From an uncultured Candidatus Saccharibacteria bacterium (GTDB taxonomy: Bacteria > Patescibacteriota > Minisyncoccia > Phycocordibacterales > UBA9973): a stretch of DNA of 39,207 bases. The stretch covers positions 1-39,207 of the forward strand of contig CAYJDV010000002.1 in assembly GCA_964369095.1 (NCBI GenBank), in the 5' to 3' direction. The translations under genes and the position numbers were made by a program. Shown here one piece after another: positions 13,316 through 20,196 of the stretch (positions are counted from its first letter, which is position 1; every line of letters begins with the position of its first letter). The notes beneath the pieces were generated by a model. That model was not told where the DNA came from and made no database searches. It saw nothing but the letters and a program-made list of their open reading frames with translations.

Positions 13316-13516
13316 ATGGAGAAAATAAAAATATTATTTTGGAAAACATATGCGATATTCTGGGATTTACGACCAAGAATACACTTACCAAAATATTCTG
13401 ATTATCCTATTGCAAGCACAGATATTGCCAAAGAATATGAGTATCCCGAATGTATTAAAGTTTTATTTGAATGGGACGAAAAAGGAAAACATTGGATAGT
13501 ATTTAAAAGAAAATAA
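13316..13516 (+). CDS. Hypothetical protein (66 aa)
   Basis: Track ORF with ATG start. Confidence 0.5.
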   Translation: MEKIKILFWKTYAIFWDLRPRIHLPKYSDYPIASTDIAKEYEYPECIKVLFEWDEKGKHWIVFKRK

Positions 13517-13519
13517 TTT

Positions 13520-13705
13520 ATGAATAAAGAACAAGAAAAAAAAGCAGTACATTCTGCAATAGATGCAGGAGAGATACCCTCACCAGAAGAAATCAGTAGA
13601 GTTATGTCTTGGCTATCAAAGAAAAACAAAATGACAAAAGCAGAGAGAGTAGCAAGAGCTAAGAAGGCTGGAATAGCGGGGGCATTAAAAAGGTGGGGAA
13701 AATAG
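13520..13705 (+). CDS. Hypothetical basic protein (61 aa)
   Basis: Track ORF with ATG start. Confidence 0.5.
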   Translation: MNKEQEKKAVHSAIDAGEIPSPEEISRVMSWLSKKNKMTKAERVARAKKAGIAGALKRWGK

Positions 13706-13714
13706 TTATTTGAG

Positions 13715-13723
13715 TTATCCACA
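13715..13723 (+). promoter_or_regulatory. Perfect DnaA-box 9-mer TTATCCACA, extends to TCCACAG
   Basis: Lies 9 nt after the stop of 13520..13705. The TCCACAG end is 30 nt upstream of the -10 at 13755. Confidence 0.5.
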
Positions 13724-13731
13724 GTTAATGC

Positions 13732-13760
13732 TTGTGTCTATCCGATAGCTATGATATATT
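13732..13760 (+). promoter_or_regulatory. Promoter TTGTGT-17-TGaTATATT with the palindrome CTATC-C-GATAG in the spacer
   Basis: Read directly. The palindrome is at 13738-13748. Confidence 0.6.
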
Positions 13761-13804
13761 AACAATATAAGAAGAAACACATAAGACACTTCTTAGATAA
13801 ATAT

Positions 13805-14053
13805 ATGAAAAAAGAGATAGAAAAAATATATAAAAAACTAACACAAAATACCGTGTTTGAAATAGCAGAAGAAGCTCGCATACAGTTAATGTTTGAATCA
13901 GGTAAAAATTCAGACGAACAAAAAGAAAAAGCAAGAACTAAATCAATGGCAAAATTATCGGCAATGTTAATTTACGAGAAAAAAAAGAATCAACCAGATA
14001 TAGAAGAAATGGCAGAACGCACACTATTATCAGCATATAATCTATACAACTAA
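13805..14053 (+). CDS. Hypothetical protein (82 aa)
   Basis: Track ORF. It is the first ORF after the promoter. Confidence 0.55.
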   Translation: MKKEIEKIYKKLTQNTVFEIAEEARIQLMFESGKNSDEQKEKARTKSMAKLSAMLIYEKKKNQPDIEEMAERTLLSAYNLYN

Positions 14054-14054
14054 T

Positions 14055-14210
14055 ATGAAAACACTAATCATAAAACGCCACGGGAAAATAGTAATGGAAC
14101 AAGTAGGACAAAAACCAAAGAAAAGCTACCTACCAGCTCTAGGAATAATCATCTTCATCATCGGAGCTTTAGTAGTAGGAAGTTTAGATTATAAAGTTTT
14201 AGTAATGTAA
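14055..14210 (+). CDS. Hypothetical small membrane protein (51 aa)
   Basis: Hand-translated as MKTLIIKRHGKIVMEQVGQKPKKSYLPALGIIIFIIGALVVGSLDYKVLVM. Confidence 0.4.
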   Translation: MKTLIIKRHGKIVMEQVGQKPKKSYLPALGIIIFIIGALVVGSLDYKVLVM

Positions 14211-14215
14211 AAGAT

Positions 14216-14707
14216 ATGTTAGATATAACAACATTTTTAGAAAAGAATAGTGTAAAAGATATTTGTAGACTTGTTTATGTAAAAGACGGTAAGGCGGTAG
14301 CAACAGACTCATTTAAACTAATAGAAATTACACTTGATGATTTTTGTAAAGAAAACGTGCCAAATGGATACTACGAAATCAAAGCGTGGAAACAAATGTG
14401 TAAAGCATACAACGCAAAGAAGCAAGATTTAAAGACTTTTATGGAAGTTATAAACCAAAATAACGAAACCATAACAACACATAAGGATACAGAATATCCG
14501 AACTACGAGAAACTAATGGATAGTAAATTTAAAGAACTAGATTTAAATTCTTACTTCACAAAAAAACACCTTATCGCATTTATTGAAATACTACCAGAAC
14601 TTTCTTTCCAAAGAATAAGGTTATCTGATATACAAGATAATGGAAATATGATTAAGTTTGAAAATAAAGATATGCGTATTGTTTTAATGAAGTGTAGGGT
14701 GGAGTAA
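14216..14707 (+). CDS. Beta-sliding-clamp (DnaN)-like mini protein (163 aa)
   Basis: AVATDSFKLIEI (aa 27-38), EYPNYEKLM (aa 93-101) and the C-terminal RIVLMKCRVE echo the DnaN signatures vATDGHRLa, G.FPDY..vlP and yvvMPmRl in the same order. Confidence 0.4.
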   Translation: MLDITTFLEKNSVKDICRLVYVKDGKAVATDSFKLIEITLDDFCKENVPNGYYEIKAWKQMCKAYNAKKQDLKTFMEVINQNNETITTHKDTEYPNYEKLMDSKFKELDLNSYFTKKHLIAFIEILPELSFQRIRLSDIQDNGNMIKFENKDMRIVLMKCRVE

Positions 14708-14729
14708 TTATCAAAATAATAAACCAAAT

Positions 14730-14918
14730 ATGACAGACAAAAAAATAGAAGAGTATTTAGAGAGGGCAATGAGTATTGAAAAAAAGATATGGACTACTGT
14801 CAACGCTGAAGAATTTGGTTCATACCAAAAAACCATTGTCGAAATAGCAAAAATGATACAGCTAGAGGAGCATAGAGAGTCAAACAAAGACGCAGATGCA
14901 GTTATTAAAAAGGACTAG
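14730..14918 (+). CDS. Hypothetical protein (62 aa)
   Basis: Track ORF with ATG start. Confidence 0.5.
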   Translation: MTDKKIEEYLERAMSIEKKIWTTVNAEEFGSYQKTIVEIAKMIQLEEHRESNKDADAVIKKD

Positions 14919-14931
14919 CACATCAAAAGAT

Positions 14932-15110
14932 AGAGGGTGGTAACGGGGGATATATTGAAGTCTGGGTGCATCCGCCATCGAAAGATGGTCTCCCGTTACT
15001 GCTCTTTATCAAAACGTGGTGGATTAAATCCAGTAGTCAATAATCAGTGCTTTAGGGGGTCGGTAACAAAAGCCTATACCCGAAAAGTGCGAGGCCTTGA
15101 GACTACTGGC
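14932..15110 (+). ncRNA. Candidate structured RNA (~180 nt), class unknown
   Basis: GC-richer island. Helix 14940-14950/14989-14999 is 11 bp with one G-U pair that only forms on the + strand. Outer helix agag/ctct (14932-14935/15002-15005). A ccatc-GAAA-gatgg tetraloop hairpin at 14975-14988. A perfect 9-bp long-range helix ccagtagtc/gactactgg (15030-15038/15101-15109). A gcttt/aaagc helix (15049-15053/15069-15073). Confidence 0.5.
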
Positions 15111-15149
15111 GTTAGTTCATCACAACATTACTAAGTAATAAATAATATT

Positions 15150-15278
15150 ATGAGAGAGATAAGAATTGTAATACGTGAAATATACTACACGTTTAAAACA
15201 AAAAAACACGCTCGCAATATGACCTACTTTGAATATTGGATATGGAGAATGCACAGAAGATTTAAATTACCCAAATAA
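15150..15278 (+). CDS. Hypothetical small basic protein (42 aa)
   Basis: Hand-translated as MREIRIVIREIYYTFKTKKHARNMTYFEYWIWRMHRRFKLPK. Confidence 0.35.
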   Translation: MREIRIVIREIYYTFKTKKHARNMTYFEYWIWRMHRRFKLPK

Positions 15279-15309
15279 CATTTACTAACCATAAGAGAGA
15301 TATAAGAAT

Positions 15310-15516
15310 ATGAGGAGAAACTACACAGAAAGAGAAATATATTTAATAGAAAAGTCGTTTGAAGAGGGCTATGCTGTTGCTAAAAGACTATATAAACCAA
15401 TTTCGATAAGATATGTTACAGAACACGATTTAAACGGAAATGACTTTTCTGAATTTATTAAAAGAAGAAATAAAAAGGCGACTAATTACAAAAACAGAAA
15501 ACCTAGAGGATTATAA
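15310..15516 (+). CDS. Hypothetical protein (68 aa)
   Basis: Track ORF with ATG start. Confidence 0.5.
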   Translation: MRRNYTEREIYLIEKSFEEGYAVAKRLYKPISIRYVTEHDLNGNDFSEFIKRRNKKATNYKNRKPRGL

Positions 15517-15531
15517 TTAAGAGAAATATTT

Positions 15532-15852
15532 ATGGATAATTCAGAAAAATTGGTGGGCATACTAATATTAGGTGTAATTGTCTTGGGATTCTTCGGGGCA
15601 AGAGCCGATATGCGAGCAGACGAAATAGAATCAATAGAATACTGGCAAACAAGAGGAGAAACAGAACTAACCAATCAACAAATAATTGACCAAGCCAAGC
15701 CTTGTTACGACGCAGGACTTTCCGCAGAAGAAATAAAGGGTGGAAACTACACTTACGGAGAATATGTAACAGGAATCCGTTGCACAACAAAAGATAACCC
15801 AGATATTATTCAAGGCAAAAAATCAAACGCTACACAAGTTATTATTAATTAG
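15532..15852 (+). CDS. Hypothetical membrane-anchored protein (106 aa)
   Basis: Track ORF with an N-terminal hydrophobic helix (LVGILILGVIVLGFFGA). Confidence 0.55.
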   Translation: MDNSEKLVGILILGVIVLGFFGARADMRADEIESIEYWQTRGETELTNQQIIDQAKPCYDAGLSAEEIKGGNYTYGEYVTGIRCTTKDNPDIIQGKKSNATQVIIN

Positions 15853-15864
15853 TAAATAAGATAT

Positions 15865-16200
15865 ATGTTAGCAGTAAAAACATTTATAATAATACAAGCT
15901 ATCACTTTTATAATTTGTACACTAACTCTTGTAATTATCGCACCAAAAGAAGTTCAGACAGTACAGATTAAAAGTGAACCACCTCAAGAAACAATTTGGT
16001 TCTCATATATACAAGGGGTGAGTAAGGGTGGAACAATACTTGCATATATAAACTTTCAAGGGATTGGCTTTACAAGGTTTAAGGAAACAAAAATCGAGAG
16101 CCAAGAAGAATTTAACAAATATCTGCAAGGCAAACTATCAAGAGAAAGAAAAAGTTTCATCATTGACGTTTTTTCTTGGGATTTATTAAGAGTTGAATAA
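15865..16200 (+). CDS. Hypothetical membrane-anchored protein (111 aa)
   Basis: Track ORF with an N-terminal hydrophobic helix (FIIIQAITFIICTLTLVIIA). Confidence 0.55.
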   Translation: MLAVKTFIIIQAITFIICTLTLVIIAPKEVQTVQIKSEPPQETIWFSYIQGVSKGGTILAYINFQGIGFTRFKETKIESQEEFNKYLQGKLSRERKSFIIDVFSWDLLRVE

Positions 16201-16208
16201 TAATATCT

Positions 16209-16601
16209 ATGACATCAGAAAACAAAGAAGAGAAGTGCTGTGTCTGTAAAACAAAATACTGTAAACATTATAAAAGTGATTTTGATAAGTTTGTAGAGAA
16301 TAACACCCCACAAACACCTAGCTGGGAAGATAAAGTTGATTATTTTTTCAAGTTTCAATCTGTAAATCATTACCCAGAAGATAAAAATAAACTTATCGAA
16401 GAACTTGAACTTACTATAAATTCCCTCATCTCCCAAACAAAACAAGAAGGGCGGAGAGAGGGGATTGAGGAGGCGATTCTTGAGATTATTTATGGATGTG
16501 CCAGATATACAAATATGCACCAAGACACAGACGATGTTAATGTTGCCGTAAACACAGTAAGAGCAGACGTGTTATCAAAACTGGATAAAAAGAGAAAGTA
16601 G
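16209..16601 (+). CDS. Hypothetical protein (130 aa)
   Basis: Track ORF with ATG start. Confidence 0.55.
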   Translation: MTSENKEEKCCVCKTKYCKHYKSDFDKFVENNTPQTPSWEDKVDYFFKFQSVNHYPEDKNKLIEELELTINSLISQTKQEGRREGIEEAILEIIYGCARYTNMHQDTDDVNVAVNTVRADVLSKLDKKRK

Positions 16602-16629
16602 TTTATAAAAGAGGTTTAATAATAAGAGT

Positions 16630-16833
16630 ATGTCAACATATGTAGGAAAGGCGAAAAATAAAAAGACTGGCGAGGAAGTAAACATACTTTGTATAGACGA
16701 CTACTTCGCACCAAGAGTATACGGATTTCAAGTTGGGAAAACTGGGGAAGATCCAAGAATAGAAGACTGGAAAAAAGAGTTTACTGGAAAGGTCTATACT
16801 TGGAATGAAATAAGAGAAGAATATTATTTTTAA
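16630..16833 (+). CDS. Hypothetical protein (67 aa)
   Basis: Track ORF with ATG start. Confidence 0.5.
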   Translation: MSTYVGKAKNKKTGEEVNILCIDDYFAPRVYGFQVGKTGEDPRIEDWKKEFTGKVYTWNEIREEYYF

Positions 16834-16844
16834 TAACAAGAAAT

Positions 16845-17060
16845 ATGATACAAAAAATAAAACTATGGCTTTGTAGAAACTTCGGGCATACTTTCAATCT
16901 TGTTGATTTAACAATGCTAGACATAATGCAACGAGGTGCCATAAACAAAGAAGAGTTTAAAAACGAAACGATAAATTGTGAAAGATGTGGAGTTTCCTGT
17001 TCTTTTACGAGCAATATGGTCGGTCTTTATGAAAACAAAGATGAGTTTGATTTAATTTAA
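16845..17060 (+). CDS. Hypothetical protein (71 aa)
   Basis: Track ORF with ATG start. Confidence 0.5.
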   Translation: MIQKIKLWLCRNFGHTFNLVDLTMLDIMQRGAINKEEFKNETINCERCGVSCSFTSNMVGLYENKDEFDLI

Positions 17061-17066
17061 TCCCCT

Positions 17067-17486
17067 ATGCCACACACTAACGAAGAGATGATGGAAAAAA
17101 TGGCTGCCATTGAACACGAAAGATGGGCGAAATGGCAGAAGTATATACACTCAAAAATACTTCCTTCAAAGGATGATGACCTTATGATTATAGGTTCAGA
17201 GTTTGTAGAAAGATGGGAAAGGCAAATAAATACACCCTATGAACAATTATCTGAAAAAGAAAAAGAAAGTGACAGAGAACAGGTAAGACCATATTTAGAT
17301 TTAATCTCCGACCTTAAAAAATCCATCCGTGAGGAGATAGAGAAAGAGATACGAGGAGAACAAACCATTGCTAAGCTATTTTCAGGTAAAAAGATAATAA
17401 AAAGTAAAATGTTACCAAGAGATGAAATATGGGTTGGCGAAGGTGCAACGCGTTCAGAAATATTATCACTAAAATCATTAGAATAG
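17067..17486 (+). CDS. Hypothetical protein (139 aa)
   Basis: Track ORF with ATG start. The AAIEHERWAKWQKY motif is of unclear affiliation. Confidence 0.55.
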   Translation: MPHTNEEMMEKMAAIEHERWAKWQKYIHSKILPSKDDDLMIIGSEFVERWERQINTPYEQLSEKEKESDREQVRPYLDLISDLKKSIREEIEKEIRGEQTIAKLFSGKKIIKSKMLPRDEIWVGEGATRSEILSLKSLE

Positions 17487-17487
17487 C

Positions 17488-17778
17488 ATGGAAGAAATAA
17501 TTAAAATAGCGATTGAGGGAGGGTGGAAAGATAAAGATTTTCCTAACCTTGACCCCCAGTATATGGGAGACTTATATCGGATAATCGTCTGTGACCCCCT
17601 ATTCTGGCAAGCTCTAGGTAAGGCGAGTGGGTGGGATAAAATGATTCCAATGATGGCAAAAGACCAGTGGTGGTTATTAGATGCCCTCCGCTTCCACGAA
17701 ATAAACCTCACAGAAGGTTGGGACAAAGCTGTAGCATACGTAAAAGAAACAACCAGAGGGACAGCTTTAGTAAATTAA
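17488..17778 (+). CDS. Hypothetical protein (96 aa)
   Basis: Track ORF with ATG start. Confidence 0.55.
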   Translation: MEEIIKIAIEGGWKDKDFPNLDPQYMGDLYRIIVCDPLFWQALGKASGWDKMIPMMAKDQWWLLDALRFHEINLTEGWDKAVAYVKETTRGTALVN

Positions 17779-17791
17779 CTAGATATATATT

Positions 17792-18100
17792 ATGGAAAAT
17801 TGGAATGTAAAAATAATAGACAAAGGGATTAGGATCGAAAGAGATATTTATATTTACAGAAAACTCGGGGATAAAATAGAAATAATTGGTGCTGGCAATA
17901 CTACAAATATTATTAACCAATTTGCCACCATCCCAGACGAACCAACACTTTCATTAAACCCAGAAGCACTTCAAGCTTTTGCCAACGCCTTAAACGACAT
18001 AGGTATAAACCCACAAAAAGAGTTTATAGAGGGAAAGCTAGAGGCGACAGAAAAACATCTTGAGGATATGAGAACATTAGTGTTTAAAAGAATTAAGTAG
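17792..18100 (+). CDS. Hypothetical protein (102 aa)
   Basis: Track ORF with ATG start. Confidence 0.55.
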   Translation: MENWNVKIIDKGIRIERDIYIYRKLGDKIEIIGAGNTTNIINQFATIPDEPTLSLNPEALQAFANALNDIGINPQKEFIEGKLEATEKHLEDMRTLVFKRIK

Positions 18101-18106
18101 ATAAAT

Positions 18107-18238
18107 ATGAAGTATATTAAAATAGACCAGAACTTCTTTAAAAATATAAACTTTATAGTAGAAATTCCAACTATTTCATGCCCTGTTTGTGGAGAACAGA
18201 TATTAGATATACCCACTAACCGTTTTATCAATAACTAA
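18107..18238 (+). CDS. Hypothetical small protein (43 aa)
   Basis: Hand-translated as MKYIKIDQNFFKNINFIVEIPTISCPVCGEQILDIPTNRFINN. Confidence 0.35.
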   Translation: MKYIKIDQNFFKNINFIVEIPTISCPVCGEQILDIPTNRFINN

Positions 18239-18246
18239 CAGTATAT

Positions 18247-18357
18247 ATGAAACCCATCGGCACAGGCACAATAAAAGGAGAGAGGTATGAGGTGTTTAGA
18301 GATAAAGACAAGGAACTTTATATAGAAAAAGTTACTAACACGAAATCCACATTTTAA
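18247..18357 (+). CDS. Hypothetical small protein (36 aa)
   Basis: Hand-translated as MKPIGTGTIKGERYEVFRDKDKELYIEKVTNTKSTF. The stop lies inside the terminator. Confidence 0.3.
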   Translation: MKPIGTGTIKGERYEVFRDKDKELYIEKVTNTKSTF

Positions 18358-18372
18358 TATTGTGGGTTTTTT
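18345..18372 (+). terminator. Intrinsic terminator
   Basis: The stem atccaca/tgtgggt has a 9-nt loop and is followed by tttttt. The stem contains AAATCCACA. Confidence 0.6.
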
Positions 18373-18408
18373 GCTATTATATAAGTATTACAATAATCTA
18401 TTTAAGTT

Positions 18409-18579
18409 ATGGATAAACTAACGCAACTAAAGAACTTCTTAAAAGCAAAACAAGTTCCTTTCACTCAAGGAGAACTACAAGATGTTATAAACTTTGTAAC
18501 AGCTATTGAAACTGATATGAAACCAAAAGTAGACCCAACAGTTCCGCCAATACCAAACACAACTAAAAAGAAAAAATAA
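18409..18579 (+). CDS. Hypothetical small protein (56 aa)
   Basis: Hand-translated as MDKLTQLKNFLKAKQVPFTQGELQDVINFV.... It is the first ORF after the terminator. Confidence 0.4.
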   Translation: MDKLTQLKNFLKAKQVPFTQGELQDVINFVTAIETDMKPKVDPTVPPIPNTTKKKK

Positions 18580-18580
18580 A

Positions 18581-18757
18581 ATGTATCTACCCGTCGAAGA
18601 AATAGACGACAATGATTTCTATCGAGAGAAAAGACAAAAGCAAGCTGAAAAAGAAAAGATAAGACTTCAAGAGGAATGTAAACACAAACACTTTGTTGTT
18701 AGATGTTCTCATTGTAATAGGGTATTAGGAAGTGAAATTAACCATAAAAGGATATGA
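18581..18757 (+). CDS. Hypothetical small protein (58 aa)
   Basis: Hand-translated as MYLPVEEIDDNDFYREKRQKQAEKEKIRLQEECKHKHFVVRCSHCNRVLG.... ATGA overlap with the chaperonin gene. Confidence 0.4.
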   Translation: MYLPVEEIDDNDFYREKRQKQAEKEKIRLQEECKHKHFVVRCSHCNRVLGSEINHKRI

Positions 18758-20187
18758 AAATAATAGAAACAAATATCGAAAAAATAATTTCTGGAATAAA
18801 CAAGACTGCTGATATGTTGTGTCCGACACTTGGCCCATTCGGAACAAACGTAATAATTGGTAGGAAATATCAAAAACCAATTATTGCAAATGATTCTGGA
18901 ACAATCTCGGACAATCTTGTATTTGAAGACGAATCAGAACAAATTGCCTCAGAGATAATAAATGAGGCAACGACTACGGCAGATAAAACAACCCAAGATG
19001 GGAGAACATCAACTGTCGCTATAATGAGACATCTTGTTAACTCTCTGTATAAAAAAACACAAGGTCTCCAAAAGGAAAAACCAAGAAAGCTATACAATAA
19101 AGTTCGAGAAGAATTAGAAACGGCTCAAAAACTACTATTAAAAGAAAAGAAAATTGTCAAAAAGGAGGAAGATTTAAAAAGTGTAGCACTCGGTTCTTCT
19201 CAGAATAAAGAACTTGCAGAGATAATATCTAACACCTTCTGGAAAATAGGAAAAGACGGGGTAATTACGATTGAGGATAATTTCAATCCAGAAATATCAA
19301 TCGTTAAAAAGAACGGACTTGAAATACCATTTAAAATTGTGTCTGACTTTTTAATTAAACAACTTGGACAATCTCCTATTTTAGTTACAACAACAAAGAT
19401 TGATTCAATCAATCAAATAATTCAAATCTATAATGAAATACTAGAAAGGTCTAAATCACAAAAGCTTGGTGTTTATAATTGGGTTATCATTGCCCCAAAC
19501 TTTGAAGACGGGGTAATATCTGAATTTAAGGCATTAGGGGGTGCGTTTGATATTATGCCAATCAAGATTCCTGAATCAAACATTGAGATATACGAGGATA
19601 TTTCAGCAATTTGTGGAACAAAAACATATAAGGGACAACTAGAACTTTTAACATTGTCTGATATTGGAGAACTAAAAGAAATAGTTTCAAATGAAAAAAC
19701 AATAATAACTGGTTCGGTTAGTCCAGATGAACATATAAAATCTCTAAAAGAAAAAGAAATTGACTCTCTTTACGACAAAGAAAGACTTGATAAAAGAATT
19801 GCTAGACTTAAAAACGGAATAGTGGTTTTAAAGATAGGACATAGCCTAGACCAAGACAGGGAGTTTCTTAAACTAAAGGCGAGAGACTGTGTAACCTCTG
19901 TTAAGACGGCACTAAGTGATGGATATGTTAAAGGGGCTGGAGTATCATTAAAGAACGTAGCAGACAAAATGCCGAAAGATAGCATTATCGCAGAATCCTT
20001 AAAAGAGCCATATAGACTAATCCAAGAAAGTAACGGAGGGCCTTTTGAAATACCTGAAAATGTAATAGATTCATATAAAACAGTTGAACAAGAAATTATA
20101 ACATCATGTGTTTTAGCAAGTAATATTATAAACTCACATGGCTCAATAGCAGATAAAACAGAAAAGTCAGAAGACCCTGTGATATAA
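18754..20187 (+). CDS. GroEL/Cpn60-family chaperonin, shortened (477 aa)
   Basis: [30 protein letters not shown] aligns with GroEL's [37 protein letters not shown] corresponds to [65 protein letters not shown] aligns with [55 protein letters not shown]. Confidence 0.85.
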   Translation: [477 protein letters not shown]

Positions 20188-20196
20188 TATACATAT

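Noticed and set aside
14937-15134. Track ORF of 65 aa (GTG start) between 14730..14918 and 15150..15278
   Set aside because: It has no ATG or SD, and its Cys/Arg/Gly-rich composition is odd. The sequence is better explained by extensive base-pairing, including a GAAA tetraloop hairpin and a 9-bp long-range helix. I treated it as a structured-RNA candidate instead.
13402-17920. Minus-strand track ORFs in the early region: 13402..13722, 13749..13934, 14551..14769, 15486..15790, 16215..16523, 16633..17014, 17478..17726 and 17708..17920
   Set aside because: All are antisense to a continuous, tightly packed + strand gene array. They are AT-rich and hydrophobic low-complexity translations, with no promoters pointing that way.
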